Below the pieces are notes generated by a model that was not told the DNA's origin, ran no database searches, and worked only from the letters and a program-made list of their open reading frames with translations. Shown one piece after another: positions 28,987-41,348 of a stretch of DNA of 64,000 nucleotides. This stretch comes from an uncultured Bacillota bacterium. Lineage in GTDB: Bacteria > Bacillota > DTU025 > MWDF01. The stretch lies in NCBI GenBank assembly GCA_963823655.1, contig CAWGMK010000013.1, positions 288,001 through 352,000 of the forward strand, in the 5' to 3' direction. Position 1 is the stretch's first letter, and each line of letters begins with the position of its first letter. Made by a program: the position numbers and the translations under genes.

Positions 28987-30246
28987 CTAACCCCTTCCTA
29001 TGACCATTTCAGCGAAACCCATAAGTGTCGTCTCCATCTGATGCCTGCTCAGGCCGCCTTGCATGTAAGCCGTAAACGGCGGCCTCATTGGTGCATCAGC
29101 TGAAAGCTCTATCGACGATCCCTGTATGAACGCGCCCGCCGCCATAACGACATCGTCCGAATAACCCGGCATGAACCCGGGTTCAGGTGTTGCCTTGGCA
29201 TCAACCGGCGAGCCTCCCTGAACTGCCTTCATGAAACTCAGTAAGGCCTCTTTATTACCCAATTCTACGCGCACTACCGAATCCCCCCTGCCCTGCCTCG
29301 GCCCAGGATCCGTCTTGAAGCCCAATCTGGCAAGGAAGCAGGAGGCGAAGGCGGATGCGCACATTGCCTCGCATGTGATCATCGGGGCGAAGTACAGCCC
29401 CTGCGCGATGAGACGATTCATGCCTAGCGTTGGTCCGCAGTGCGAGCCCAATCCCGGTGCCGTAAGTCTTGATGCCGCCTTTTCGACAAGATCGGCCCGT
29501 CCTGCGACATATCCTCCCGCCGGCGCGATTCCGCCTCCAGGATTCTTTATGAGAGAGCCTGCTATAAGGTGAGCCCCCGCCGCGGTAGGCTCTTGTGTAT
29601 CGGTGAACTCTCCGTAGCAATTGTCCACTATTACGACAGCCTCGGGATTTGACGAGCCCACTACCTCGCAGATTCGTCCTATCTCGCCGATGCTGAGCGG
29701 TTTTCTTGTGGAATATCCCCTGGACCTCTGGACAAGCACAGCATCGGCCGACTTGGCGGCGGCCGATATGGCATCGTAGTCTGGCTCCCCGTCGCTTGCG
29801 GGCTCAACCTGAATGTAGCCTATGCCCAGCTCTGCAAGAGAGCCATGGCCCTCTTTCCCGCCTATTATCCCGTCCAATGTATCGTATGGCTTGCCGAAAG
29901 CAGCAAGCAATTTGCCCCCCGGCCTTAAAACCCCGAAAAGCGCCAATGAGATCGCATGGGTGCCGGAGACAATCTGATGCCTTACCAAAGAGGCCTCAGA
30001 GCCGGCAATCACCGAGAATGCCGCTTCGATTGCCTGTCTGCCTGCATCATTGTAGCCGTAGCCGGTAGTCCCGCCGAATTGATAGTCCGAAAGACCTGCC
30101 GATTTGAATGCGGCAAGTACGCGGGCCATATTGACCCGTCTTATCCCCTCATAGGCAGCCTGCTGGCCTCGGCATTCCTCAAGCGAGGCCTCTGCCATCT
30201 CCACAACCCGGCTGCTGTATTGTCCCAAATTATCGAAAGCTCCCAT
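28987..30246 (-). CDS. Methionine gamma-lyase family / aluminium-resistance protein (YnbB-like)
   Basis: TTGYGYND, VSGTHAI, QRSRGY, VDNCYGEF, GSLIKNPGGG and FIQGSSIELSADAP. Confidence 0.92.
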   Translation of the reverse strand: MGAFDNLGQYSSRVVEMAEASLEECRGQQAAYEGIRRVNMARVLAAFKSAGLSDYQFGGTTGYGYNDAGRQAIEAAFSVIAGSEASLVRHQIVSGTHAISLALFGVLRPGGKLLAAFGKPYDTLDGIIGGKEGHGSLAELGIGYIQVEPASDGEPDYDAISAAAKSADAVLVQRSRGYSTRKPLSIGEIGRICEVVGSSNPEAVVIVDNCYGEFTDTQEPTAAGAHLIAGSLIKNPGGGIAPAGGYVAGRADLVEKAASRLTAPGLGSHCGPTLGMNRLIAQGLYFAPMITCEAMCASAFASCFLARLGFKTDPGPRQGRGDSVVRVELGNKEALLSFMKAVQGGSPVDAKATPEPGFMPGYSDDVVMAAGAFIQGSSIELSADAPMRPPFTAYMQGGLSRHQMETTLMGFAEMVIGRG

Positions 30247-30253
30247 CCTGCCC

Positions 30254-31193
30254 CTATTCCATTCCCTTCTGCTCATAATCCCTGCTGATAGACTCCGCGA
30301 TCTCGGCCGGATCCATGAGCCCCGAATCAAACCAGGTTATGTCTTTATGCCTTCTAAACCAGGTCATCTGCCTTTTGGAGTACTTCCTGGTCTCGGCCTT
30401 TATGCTGTCAACGGCGGCCTCTTTCGAGATCCCGCCCTCCAGGTACCTGATCAGCTCTTTATACCCAATTGCCTGCAATGCGACTTTATTGGCTGCGAAT
30501 CCTCCGGCCACAAGGCCGATTACCTCTTCAAGCAGGCCCTGTTCCATCATGCGGTCGACTCTTGCCTCTATCCTTGCGACAAGCAATGCCCTATCCATAT
30601 TAACGCCGTAGAAAACCGCAGGGATGCAAGGCCCTGAAACGGATACCTTCTGAAGCTCGCTGATGGGCCTTCCGGCGTTGCTGAAGACCTCAAGGGCCCT
30701 CACTATCCTTCTTGTGTCATTGGAGTGGATCCTGGAGGCAGCCAGCGGATCTACGGCTTCAAGCTGCCTGTGCAGGGCGTTTGAACCTTCGGCATCGGCG
30801 CGGGCGTAAAGCTCCGCCCTCAGCTTCTCGTCCGCCTGCTTGTCCGGGAACAGGAACCCTCTAGTGGCCGCGTCCACATAAAGGCCTGTACCGCCCGCGA
30901 TGATCGACACTTTTCCCCTTGAAGAAATCTCGTCATAGGCGGCTTCGGCAAGCTCGCAATACCTTGCTACCGACATGGGCTCGTCCGGCCCGCAAACATC
31001 GATCAAGTGGTGCCTTACCAGCTGTGCATCCTCTGCCGTAGGCTTGGCGGTACCTATGTTCATTCCTTTGTAGACTTGCATGGAAATCGGCGGAGATGAT
31101 CTCCCCTCCAAGTAACTGCGCAAGCCTCATAGCCACATCCGATTTCCCGGAGGCGGTGGGACCGACTATGGCAATTGCCTTCCTTCTTGGCAT
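30254..31193 (-). CDS. miaA: tRNA dimethylallyltransferase (indel near 31085)
   Basis: GPTASGKS, SAD/SMQVY, GTAKP, GGTGLY, QAIGYKE and KRQMTWFR. Confidence 0.95.
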
Positions 31194-31200
31194 CTGCAAG

Positions 31201-32073
31201 CTATACCGCCTTCTCGAATCCCACGTACTCGACTGCGCCGGACGCGCCGGAGTGGAACACCCTGTAGCCTTTCATCCTGCAAATGAACGAGAGGTCCTCG
31301 CCCTTGCTTACTTTCATCACGAAGCGCCTTTTTGCAGCCCTGAACGCCGCCTTGATGTCTTCTGCTCCGGGCATTCCCCTGACTGACCATGCCCTAATGG
31401 CGTCCATCGGAGTCGCATGCGCGAAAGGTTCGGTGAACATCGGATCCATGTAGACGATATCGAAGCTTCCCTCCGGGCATCCGCCAAGCAATTGCCTGAA
31501 GTCCGCATGCCTTCTCTCGATCCTGGAAATTGCGGCTTCTACCGGTCCGTCGCCCTTATATGCCCTCATACCGAGGTCGACCACTTCGAATATCGCCTTC
31601 GAAGCCTCAAGAGCCAGCACTCTTCCTTTGGCCGAGACCACCGAAGACGCCACTATGGAGTCTGAACCCAGGCCCATGGTGCAATCCAGAAAGCTGTCCC
31701 CGGGCAACAGGCCCAGAGCCTCTACAAAAGCGTCCTTGCCGCCGTCAGCGATGCTTTTAAGCCTCAATAGGGACGAGCTCGGGTGGAAACGCATGCTATT
31801 GGCAGCGCGCCCCCCGCAATATCTCCTAAGGCTAACGCCGGACTCCTCGAATACTAAGACATCGGCAACGTCCAGATCAGAGATCCTGCCTGACAATTGT
31901 GCCCTGCTAACGAACTCCCATCCGATCCTCGCGCTCTCGCCAATAGCCCCATCCAACTTATCGCCGCCGCTCTTGCCGATCGCTATGGATGTAGTGATGA
32001 ACGCGGGTATGCTATCTGCCTCTTCAAAGGCGGCCGCATTTTCACCCTTATCGCTATCGGGAGCATAACTCAT
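31201..32073 (-). CDS. Class I SAM-dependent methyltransferase (RsmJ-like)
   Basis: FLDCTMGLGSDS and DIVYMDPMF; located between mutL and miaA. Confidence 0.82.
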   Translation of the reverse strand: MSYAPDSDKGENAAAFEEADSIPAFITTSIAIGKSGGDKLDGAIGESARIGWEFVSRAQLSGRISDLDVADVLVFEESGVSLRRYCGGRAANSMRFHPSSSLLRLKSIADGGKDAFVEALGLLPGDSFLDCTMGLGSDSIVASSVVSAKGRVLALEASKAIFEVVDLGMRAYKGDGPVEAAISRIERRHADFRQLLGGCPEGSFDIVYMDPMFTEPFAHATPMDAIRAWSVRGMPGAEDIKAAFRAAKRRFVMKVSKGEDLSFICRMKGYRVFHSGASGAVEYVGFEKAV

Positions 32074-33906
32074 CGCCTGCCGACCCCGCGCTCAATGCCG
32101 GCAAGGTCCACTTTCAGCAAGAATGGGCCTTCCGTGCGGGCAACGTAACGGGTTGGAAGTCTGGAAAAGCCTCTCTAAGAGATCCTGCATCTGCTCGCGC
32201 TCGAGCTTCATGCCCGCCTTCACGGCCCCCTTGCAGGCCATTTCGGTCGCAGCCCTCCTGATTTTGCCGCCTACGTCGACTGCCTCGCGCCTCTCCTCGG
32301 CCAGATCCCTAATGGCTGCCAGCAGCAGCGCCTCGGGCGAAGGTTCGCTGCCCCCTACCAGGGGAACTGCCCTGATAATCACGCTCCTCAAGCCGAAAGG
32401 CTCAACGTCGAAACCTAAAGCGGCGAGGCTGTCTGCCTCCTGCTTCAATACTGCGGACTCTCCCGGCATCAGCTCAACCGTTTCGCTCATCAGAAGGCTC
32501 TGGCTTTGGACGGTGCCCTCCTCCAGCAGCCTCAAAAACCTCTCCACCAATATCCTCTCATGCGCTACATGCTGGTCGATCACAAGAAGCGAACCGTCTT
32601 TTTCCGCAAGGATATAGCTGTTCTTGAATTGGCCTATCACAAAAGCCGGGCTCCCCTGCTCGTCTTTTCCTAGCCCCTGCAAAAATTCCTCAGTCGCGCG
32701 AGCATCGGTCCTGATATTTCCGCCCGGGCCCTCCTGAGGCCTTCCATAAGCTTGAGGCTTCTGCTTTAGCTGCCAGCCGCCCGACGGCTTTGCGCCTTCG
32801 GCGAAATAGCCCATGTAGCGCTCCTTCATGGCGGATCCTGCCGCAGTCGCCCCGTCATGGACCGAGCCGGCGGCATAGACCTCGGCATCCTCGGCTAAAA
32901 TCCCTTCGATTCCGGGAGTCGCATCCGGGCTGGTCACCGCCTCTATTACGGCATGATGCACCGCCGAGAAGACCGCACTTTCGTCGGCGAACCTCACTTC
33001 GGCCTTGGCAGGGTGCACATTGACATCAATTCTGGCAGGGTCGATCTCAAGCCAGATTATCACAGGCGGGTATGGCGAATGCATCTGCACTCCCTCAAGC
33101 CCCCGGTCAATAGCCGCATAAAGCTGCCCGGAGGAGACGGGCCTGCCGTTTACGATTATGAATTGGTCCTGCCTCTTCCTCTTCGCCTGTTCGGGCCCTG
33201 CCACGAGCACAAATGCCTCGATGCCGGGCGAGCTGGCCGTTCCTTCAGTCATGTCCTCGGCCGCCCTGCCCAGCACCGCCCTTGCGGCGCTTCTAGGCTC
33301 CCCGTCGCCAGCCGACTCGAATGCCTTCGCGCCGTCCACGGAAAGACTCATCGAAACGCCGGGGTTTGCGAGCGAGAGCCTCTCCATCACCTGCTCTACG
33401 CGCCTTGCCTCCGCAGGCTTGGATTTTAGATACTTCAGCCTTGCCGGCGTATTGAAGAACAGGCTTTCCACCTCGACAGCAGTCCCTTTCCTGCCGGAGG
33501 CGGGCCCCTCTTCCATTATTCTGCCGGCCTCAAGCTCGACCCTCCAGGCGGCGTCCGAGCCTTCCTCCCTGGTGATTAGCCTCATCTTTGAGACGGACGC
33601 AATCGAGGGGAGCGCCTCGCCTCTGAAGCCCAGGGTATTGACATGGAACAGCTCATCGGCGCTTCTAATCTTGCTTGTGGCATGCCTTTCGAAGGCGAGG
33701 GAGGCATCCTCCTTATCCATGCCGCAGCCATCGTCGACCACCCTGATTAGCTCAAGGCCGCCGTCGACTATTTCCACCGCGATGTTGAGGGCGCCTGCGT
33801 CAACAGAGTTTTCCACCAGCTCCTTGACTACCGAGGCCGGCCTTTCGACCACCTCGCCTGCGGCGATCTTGTTTGCGACATCGAGCGGGAGCCTGCCTAT
33901 CTTCAA
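32070..33906 (-). CDS. mutL: DNA mismatch repair protein MutL (indel near 32118)
   Basis: IAAGEVVERPASVVKELVEN, GFRGEAL, DVNVHPAK, DQHVAHE, ACK and CPHGRP. Confidence 0.96.
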
Positions 33907-33969
33907 TGGATATTTCCTCCTGCCATGTTCGCCCCTGAAACAATGCTTTCCTTAGGGCTTGGGATTGCT

Positions 33970-36602
33970 TTACGGCTTCTGGATCTCCTCGGCCTCAAGC
34001 GCCCTTTTCATCTCGAAAACCAGCTCCAGAGCATCTCTTGGGCTCAACTCCTCGGGTTCAGCGTCCCTTAAAAGTGCGAGCGCTGCACTCTCCGGCCTCA
34101 CAACTACCTGGTCCTCCACCTCATCCGGAAGCTCGCTCCAGCCGAAGAGCCTCATCTGGTGCCCGCCCCTGTCGTAGACCTCCTCAAGCTGCTTTAATAT
34201 CTGGTTGGCCCTTCTAACTACGTCTTTGGGCAGCCCTGCCATCTTCGCCACGTTCAGCCCGTAGCTCTTGTCCGTGCCGCCTCTTTGCAGCCGGTACAGG
34301 AACACGACCTCGCCCGGCTTCTCGGCCACGCTCACATGGTAGTTCCTCGCGAAGGGAAGCCTCTCTTCAAGGGCCGCAAGCTCGTGGTAATGCGTGGTGA
34401 ACAGGCAGCGCGCCCTGGTTACATCGTGCAGGTGTTCCGCAACCGCCCAGGCGAGCGCCATTCCATCATATGTTGAAGTCCCCCTGCCCAGCTCATCGAC
34501 CATTACAAGGCTTCTCTCGCCCCCGGTGTTGAGTATCTCCGCCACTTCCAGCAGCTCCACCATGAAAGTGCTCTTGCCGCCGGAGATGTCGTCATATGAG
34601 CCTGCCCTGTAATAGATGCGGTCGGCGATGCCGATTGTAGCCGATGAGCAGGGCACGAAGGAGCCGGCCTGCGCCATAAGCTGAATTATGCCGGTGGTCG
34701 CCAGTATTGTGGATTTGCCGGCCATGTTCGGGCCGGTCAATATCAAAAGCCTTGCGTCGTCGTGCTTGAGCTCAATGTCATTCTCGACGAACCTTCCCGC
34801 GGGCATCGAAGCCTCCATTACGGGATGCCTGGCCGAATAAAGCAGGGTATCCAGGCCGTCCGTTACTTCGGGACGGGTCCATCTGCGACTTGTTGCCGCC
34901 CCAGCGAAGGATTGCAGCACGTCCGCCTCTGCCGCCGCAGCCGCGTCAGCCATGATTGCATCGATAAATCCGGATGCTTTTGCGCAAAGCCCCCTGAAAA
35001 TCTCGGCCTCCAGCTTTACCTGCTTCTCCTCGGCGCCTAGCACCTTGGTTTCAATGCTCTTCAGCTCCTCAGTGAAATACCTCTCGGAGCCGGCAAAGTC
35101 TGCTTCCTTATGAAATCCGAAGGCACGCTGCCGATATTGGATTTGCTGACCTCGAAGTAATATCCGAATACCCCGTTGAAGCCGATTCGCAGGTTTTTTA
35201 TCCCCGAACGCTCCCGCTCCCGAGCCTCTAAAGTAGCCAGCCATCCCCTGCCTCCAGCAGCAGCGTCCCTCAGCTCGTCGACTTCGGCATCGTACCCCTT
35301 CCTGATGTAGCCGCCCGAACTCAAGTCTGCGGGCAGCTCGTCGGCCAGCGCCGCCGAAATCTCCTCGGAAAGCGGCTTCAAAGGATCTATCGCCTTGCCA
35401 AGTGAAGACAGCCTTGCCGATTTGGCATGTGAAGCAAGCGATGCCTTGAGCCTTCCTGCGGCGTCAAGCGACTTGCCCAAAGCTGCGAGATCCCTTGGCA
35501 TTGCATTTCCTATCGCAAGCTTGGAACCCAGCCTCTCCATGTCCTGGATGCCTGAAAGCGAGTCTTTTATGCCGTCGGCCAGCCTCCTTGAGGCCATGAG
35601 CTCCTCTATCGAGTCCTGCCTTTCACCTATGCCCGCAATGTCCAGCAGAGGGGCCTCCAGCCAGGACTTGAGCATCCTTGCGCCCATCTTTGTGAGAGTC
35701 GTGTCCAGCACGTCCAATAGCCCCGCGCCTTTTCCAAGCGCGCGCTCGCTCCCGAAGACCGCCAGGTTCCTCCAGGACCCTCTATCGATGTGCATGAACG
35801 ACGAAAGCCTGTATGCGCCCAGAGAACTGATATGCTCCAGGCCTGATTTCTGTGTCTGCTTGAGATAGGCGAGCAGCGCTCCGGCGGCAGATGCGCCCAA
35901 AGGCATGCCGTCCAGGCCGTACCCCTCAAGCCCCACCGCGCCGAAATGCCCCGAAAGCAGCCGGGCCGCTGCTTTGTGCTCGAACTCGCGCTCGGGCCTT
36001 GGCGTCTGTATGACCAGTGAGCCAGCACTCGCTATCCAGCCGGCAATCCCTGCGCCAAGCGCAGCTCCGGATGGCAGAAGTATCTCGCTGGCAGACAGCC
36101 TCTCCAGCTCCTGCACGGCCTTTACTTCGAAATCCTTGCCTTCGGCTTGCGTCGCTCTGAACTCGCCCGTTGAGACATCGCAGTAGGCAATGCCCACCCC
36201 GTCGTCTGAGGGAAATATGGATGCCATATAGTTGTTCGAACCGCCGTCGCCTTCCAGCACTCCTGGGCTTACCAGCCTGATAATGTCCCTTTTTACCAGC
36301 CCTTTGGCGACCTTCGGGTCTTCAAGCTGCTCCGCTATTGCCACCCTGTAGCCCTTCTTGACCAGCTGCGGCAGGTACTCGTCCAGCGCATGATGGGGGA
36401 CGCCGCACATCGGCATCCTGTTGCCGGTGCCCACTTCCCTGCCGGTAAGGTAAAGCCCAAGCTCGCGTGAGGCGATCTCCGCATCTTCGTTGAAGAACTC
36501 ATAGAAGTCGCCCAGGCGAATCATTAAAAGGGCCTCCGGATAGCGGCCCTTCAGCTCGTTATACTGCTCCATCATGGGCGTCAGGCCCCCGGTCCTGGCC
36601 AT
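33970..36602 (-). CDS. mutS: DNA mismatch repair protein MutS (indel near 35093)
   Basis: TPMMEQY, GDFYEFF, TGPNMAGKST, STFMVE, DELGRGTST and SYGLNVA. Confidence 0.96.
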
Positions 36603-36619
36603 TTCTCGCCCCTTCCTTC

Positions 36620-37966
36620 CTAGACCCTTGCGCCGTGCAGCACGAATGTCCTTGCCGATTCGATTTTCACGCGGACCAGGTCCCCCCGCACACAAGAGCC
36701 GTCATCCGGCCAGTGCACCATCTTGTTGGTCCTGGATCTTCCGGCCATCGCAGACGCATCCCTGTCGGACTTGCCCTCTACAAGGACCTCCTGTATGCTG
36801 CCGACAAGCGCGCGGTTCACCCTTAACGATATGCTGTTTTGCAGCTCTATCAGCCTTTTTATCCTGTCCTTCTTCTCTTCCTCCGTTACCTGGGCCTCCA
36901 TCGCAGCCGCCCTTGTCCCCTCCCTTGGGGAGTAAACGAAGGTGAATGCCGCATCGAAACTTGCCTTTTCAAGCACGTCGAGCGTATCCTGGAAGTCTCT
37001 TTCGGTCTCGCCGGGGAAGCCTACCATCACATCAGAGGTTATGGCACATCCCGGCACCGCCAGCCTGATCCTCGCCAGCAAGTCCAGGTACTGGGCTGAT
37101 GTATAGCCCCTGTTCATCTGCGCAAGTATCCTGTCGGAACCCGCCTGAAGCGGCAGGTGGTACTGCTCGCAGAGTTTGGGAAGCGTGGAGATCGCGTCTA
37201 TCATCCGCTCGTCGGCAAACCTCGGGTGCGATGTCGTAAACCTGATCCTCAAGGGGTCCGGCAGCTGCTTGTCCAAGAGCCTTAACAGCGACGGGAAATC
37301 GGGTGGCTCGCCACCGTTATCTGCGGCAAGCCCTTTTCCGTATGCGTTCACGTTCTGCCCGAGCAGCGTTATCTCCCTGACGCCGGATTTCGCGGCATCC
37401 ATGCACTCCGCAAGGATTTCTGCCGGCAGCCTGCTTCGCTCGCGCCCGCGCACATAGGGCACTATGCAGTATGTGCAGAAATTGTCGCAGCCATAAGTAA
37501 TATTGACGAAAGCCTTAAGATCATCCTTCCTCAGCACGGGAAGCTGCTCTACGACTTCCTGCGCCGCATCCCAGATCTCAATGACCCTCTCGCCGCCATC
37601 CAGCCTTGCGAGCAGCTCCGGCAGCCTGTGGATGTTGTGGGTGCCAAACGCAAGGTCCAGCCATGAAAGCTTACCGCCAAGTTCGGCCTTCACCCACTCC
37701 TCCTGCACCATGCAGCCGCATATGCCGACTAGAAGCCCGGGGCGCGACTTCTTAAGCCGCTTCGCCTCACCGAGGTTTCCTATCGCCCTGTCCTCTGCAT
37801 TGCCCCTTACGCAGCAAGTCATGTAGAGAATGAGGTCCGCCTTGGATTCATCTTCGGTCATGCAGTAGCCGGCCGACGCCAAATAGCCCGCAACGGTCTC
37901 TGAATCCCTCTCGTTCATCTGGCAGCCGTAGACGGTAAGCTTGGCCAGCTTCCCAACAAATCCCAT
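36620..37966 (-). CDS. miaB: tRNA-2-methylthio-N6-dimethylallyladenosine synthase
   Basis: GCQMNERDSE, GCDNFCTYCIVP, RFTTSHP, VGFPGETE and a TRAM domain. Confidence 0.95.
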   Translation of the reverse strand: MGFVGKLAKLTVYGCQMNERDSETVAGYLASAGYCMTEDESKADLILYMTCCVRGNAEDRAIGNLGEAKRLKKSRPGLLVGICGCMVQEEWVKAELGGKLSWLDLAFGTHNIHRLPELLARLDGGERVIEIWDAAQEVVEQLPVLRKDDLKAFVNITYGCDNFCTYCIVPYVRGRERSRLPAEILAECMDAAKSGVREITLLGQNVNAYGKGLAADNGGEPPDFPSLLRLLDKQLPDPLRIRFTTSHPRFADERMIDAISTLPKLCEQYHLPLQAGSDRILAQMNRGYTSAQYLDLLARIRLAVPGCAITSDVMVGFPGETERDFQDTLDVLEKASFDAAFTFVYSPREGTRAAAMEAQVTEEEKKDRIKRLIELQNSISLRVNRALVGSIQEVLVEGKSDRDASAMAGRSRTNKMVHWPDDGSCVRGDLVRVKIESARTFVLHGARV

Positions 37967-37980
37967 ATTCCACTCCTAAA

Positions 37981-38445
37981 TCAGTCGAGCCGCAACATGA
38001 ATTTCGACATTATCCTATCGCCCTCGGCGTACATCTCGTCCTGCTCTGGTACGATGGAAGTTCCCACAAACGCAAAGCCGGCAAGTCTTGCTGACTGCTG
38101 GGAGGCGATGTTGTCCGGCTTGGTCGTTATAATGACATACGGCATGTTGAGCTTTCTTGCGAATGCACACACCAGCCTGGTCGCCCTCGCTGCGAAATGC
38201 TTTCCCCTGAAGCTTTCATCTATGCCGTAGCCGATATGGCCCGCGCAGTCCTCAACGTGCGGGTTATAGCCCGCCCTTAGCACAATGCCGCCTGCGTGAA
38301 GCCCTGTTGTCTGCTCTAGGATTTCAAACTCGTAGAAAGGCACGTGGCTCTTTGCTAGATCCACGTCCTCCTGGTATGATTTCAGGGCCAGCCTGACGAA
38401 GCCGTCCGATAGCAGGCCCGGATCTACGAATCCAGACGTTTGCAT
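37981..38445 (-). CDS. GNAT family N-acetyltransferase
   Basis: GHIGYGIDESFRGKHFA and NIASQ motifs. Confidence 0.85.
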   Translation of the reverse strand: MQTSGFVDPGLLSDGFVRLALKSYQEDVDLAKSHVPFYEFEILEQTTGLHAGGIVLRAGYNPHVEDCAGHIGYGIDESFRGKHFAARATRLVCAFARKLNMPYVIITTKPDNIASQQSARLAGFAFVGTSIVPEQDEMYAEGDRIMSKFMLRLD

Positions 38446-39614
38446 CAGAATGCTATGCCGGCCCCTTTAAGCCTGAGCAAAGCCTGGTCGAGCTTGCCCT
38501 CCTCCACGGTCAGCGAGATGCGGAAATAGCCCTCGCCAGCCTTGCCGTAGCCGTTGCCGGGGGTTATCACAACGCCGCTCTCGTCGAAAACCTTCTCCGC
38601 GAAGCTTGCCGATGTGTAGCCCTTGGGCACTGGCGCCCATATATAGATGCTTCCGTTGGGGGCCGTGAGGTTCCATCCCATGGAGTTGAGGGTGCCGATG
38701 ACCTTGTCGCGGCGCCTCCTGTAGATCTGCCTCATGTTCTCCACCGAATCCCATGAACCCTCGAGAGCGGCGGTCGCTGCGACCTGCACCGCCTGGAAGG
38801 CGCCCAAATCGATATTGGATTTCAAAGCCGCCAGCGTCCCGACCACATCGGGGTTGCCGACCGCCCAGCCGATCCTCCACCCTGTCATGTTGAAGTATTT
38901 CGATAGGGAGCCGAACTCCATGGAAATGTCCATCGCGCCTTCAAAGCCCAGGATGCTCGGCGCAGGCTTGCCGTCGTATGTGATTTCGGCATAGGCCGCG
39001 TCGTGCACCAGGATGATGCCGTGCGACTTGGCGAACTCAATCGCCTCTTTGTAGAAGCTGTCAGGCGCGCACGCGCCTGTGGGGTTGTTGGGATAGTTTA
39101 CGAACATCAGGGCTGAGGACTTCGCAACTTCGGAGGGTATGAGCGAAAAGTCGGGCAGAAAGCCGTTCTTCTCGAGCAGGGGCATGTGATATGGTATGCC
39201 GCCTGCGAAAATCGTGCCCGCCTCGTAGACCGGATAGCCCGGATCGGGTATCAGGTTGTACTTCCCCGGGTCAGTGAAACACAATGATATGTGGCCGATC
39301 CCCTCTTTGGAACCTATCATCGAGCAAACCTGGTTGTCCGGGTTCAGCTCTACGCCGAAGCGCCTCTTGTAATAGGCGGCGACCGCTTTCCTGTATGAGG
39401 CCATGCCCTTTGAAGATGGGTACTGATGGTTTGCGGGATCCTTCATGCCCTCAAGGCCTGCTTTTACTACGTGCTCGGGCGTGGGCATGTCCGGGTCGCC
39501 AATTCCTAGGGAGATTATGTCGCGGCCTTCGCGCCTGGCCTTTTCGATCTTGGCCTCTATCTGCGCGAAAAGGTAGGGTTGCAGGTTTTGTATCCTCATT
39601 GCCCTCTTAATCAT
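38445..39614 (-). CDS. dapL: LL-diaminopimelate aminotransferase
   Basis: [25 protein letters not shown] and [14 protein letters not shown]; adjacent to dapF. Confidence 0.88.
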   Translation of the reverse strand: MIKRAMRIQNLQPYLFAQIEAKIEKARREGRDIISLGIGDPDMPTPEHVVKAGLEGMKDPANHQYPSSKGMASYRKAVAAYYKRRFGVELNPDNQVCSMIGSKEGIGHISLCFTDPGKYNLIPDPGYPVYEAGTIFAGGIPYHMPLLEKNGFLPDFSLIPSEVAKSSALMFVNYPNNPTGACAPDSFYKEAIEFAKSHGIILVHDAAYAEITYDGKPAPSILGFEGAMDISMEFGSLSKYFNMTGWRIGWAVGNPDVVGTLAALKSNIDLGAFQAVQVAATAALEGSWDSVENMRQIYRRRRDKVIGTLNSMGWNLTAPNGSIYIWAPVPKGYTSASFAEKVFDESGVVITPGNGYGKAGEGYFRISLTVEEGKLDQALLRLKGAGIAF

Positions 39615-39615
39615 T

Positions 39616-40491
39616 CTATCCCTCCAGCCGTTCAAGATATCTGTCGGTGAGCTCGCCTGCGAAGACGAAAGCCGCAGGCCCTGTCATCATTACATGGTTG
39701 TTCTGCGCCCAATCTATGAAGAGCGAGCCTCCCGGAAGGTCAATGCGGCTCTTCCTTCCCGCCCTGCCGGAAATGGATGCTGCCACTGCCACTGCACAAG
39801 CGCCGCTTCCGCAGGCCAATGTGGGGCCTACACCGCGCTCCCATACGAACACCTTGATGCCGCCGTCGGGCAGGATCTGGCAGAACTCCACATTAGTCTT
39901 TCTCGGAAAGTCCGCGTGCTTCTCAAGAAGCGGCCCCAGCGACATCATAAGCTCGTTGCTTGTCTCATCGACGAAGGCGACTGCGTGCGGGTTTCCCATG
40001 TTGACGCAAGTAATCGGAAGGCTCTTGCCCTTCACCTCATATCTTCTGTCAATTACGGAGACCGCATCCCCGGGAGCTGCGACCGGGATAAGCTTGGGGC
40101 TTAGGGCCGGCTCGCCCATGTCCACTTCTACTTTCCAGTCCCTGCCGCCCCTGTCCACTATGCGGGCAAGCTGTATTCCTTTCAGCGTCTCCACTTTAAT
40201 AGGTTCCGCCGCATCGGGGAATTTCTGAGCCCAGAGGACGGCGGCGCACCTTATCGCGTTGCCGCACATCTCCGCCTCGGAGCCATCCGAGTTGAAGATA
40301 ACCATCCTCACGTCGGCTTTCAGCGACGGGACAAGCACGATCAGGCCGTCCGCCCCTACGCCGAAGTTCCTGTCGCAAATGGCCTTCGATATGCCCTGAA
40401 GCGCTTCAAGCTTATCTACTTCTGCGAAAGTGAACACGAAATCATTGCCCAGCCCATGCATTTTGAAGAATTTCATTCCAACACCGTCCAT
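39616..40491 (-). CDS. dapF: Diaminopimelate epimerase
   Basis: [23 protein letters not shown] and [13 protein letters not shown]. Confidence 0.96.
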   Translation of the reverse strand: MDGVGMKFFKMHGLGNDFVFTFAEVDKLEALQGISKAICDRNFGVGADGLIVLVPSLKADVRMVIFNSDGSEAEMCGNAIRCAAVLWAQKFPDAAEPIKVETLKGIQLARIVDRGGRDWKVEVDMGEPALSPKLIPVAAPGDAVSVIDRRYEVKGKSLPITCVNMGNPHAVAFVDETSNELMMSLGPLLEKHADFPRKTNVEFCQILPDGGIKVFVWERGVGPTLACGSGACAVAVAASISGRAGRKSRIDLPGGSLFIDWAQNNHVMMTGPAAFVFAGELTDRYLERLEG

Positions 40492-40492
40492 T

Positions 40493-41170
40493 TCAGATTA
40501 TCATCGCCGCCAGGGCCGCGATTAATAGCGCGGGCAGCATATTGCTCGCCTTGATCCCGGCTTTCAGCGCCAGGTTCATGCTAAGTCCCATCAGTATCAG
40601 GCCTCCTGCGGCCGTTATGTGCGCAATCATGGCCTCCGTCATGAGATGTCCGATAGAGCCCGCGGCAAGTGTGATACCGCCCTGCACTATGAATACTACA
40701 ATCGCTGAGAAGCCCACGCCGATGCCCATGGTAGACGCGAGCGCCATCGAGCTTACCCCGTCCATCACCGATTTCATGGCGAGAATCGAATAGTCTCCCC
40801 TGAGTCCGTCGGCGATAGAGCCCATCACTGTCATCGGGCCTATACAAAACAGCAGCGAGGCGGCCATAAGCCCTTCGGTGAACCTTCCCTCGCCAAGCTT
40901 TCCCAGCTTCGATTTCGCAATGTCCCCGAGGCCGTTGAGCCTTTCATCGAACTTGAGGACCATACCGAATATCGTGCCGAGCACCACGCAAATCAAGGTC
41001 ACAAGCAGGTCCGGGGAGGAGCCTGCGTTCTTCAGGCCTATTACAAGCGTGAAAAGCCCCATCACCCTTATGAGCTCGGAGCCGAATTGATCGGGGATCC
41101 TCCTTCTTAGAAGGATGCCGATAGCGGTGCCTGCGAGCACAGTGCCCGTATTCATGAGAGTCCCTATCAT
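40493..41170 (-). CDS. DUF554 family membrane protein
   Basis: MIGTLMN, SLLFCIGPM, KSVMDG and QGGIT motifs. Confidence 0.88.
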   Translation of the reverse strand: MIGTLMNTGTVLAGTAIGILLRRRIPDQFGSELIRVMGLFTLVIGLKNAGSSPDLLVTLICVVLGTIFGMVLKFDERLNGLGDIAKSKLGKLGEGRFTEGLMAASLLFCIGPMTVMGSIADGLRGDYSILAMKSVMDGVSSMALASTMGIGVGFSAIVVFIVQGGITLAAGSIGHLMTEAMIAHITAAGGLILMGLSMNLALKAGIKASNMLPALLIAALAAMII

Positions 41171-41348
41171 CTGGCACCTCATTCCGGTGGAAATCTTACC
41201 TAATAATTATATCATCTAGCTTCCTGCTCTTTAAGGGCGAACAAAAACGATAAAGTAAGCGTCAACAGTTGTAGTTTGAGCGATTTGCCCGCATTACGAT
41301 AATTTGTTAAAATACTTGTGATTTATTATACGAAAGGAGGAACCAACA

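Noticed and set aside
32070-36602. mutS/mutL pseudogenes implying a hypermutator
   Set aside because: Their indels look like those scattered across the whole window, including in essential genes, so sequencing error is more likely.
41316-41333. Possible Rex operator (TTGTGATTTATTATACGA) upstream of the cytochrome
   Set aside because: Several mismatches to the palindrome in an AT-rich promoter region; too weak without comparative support.
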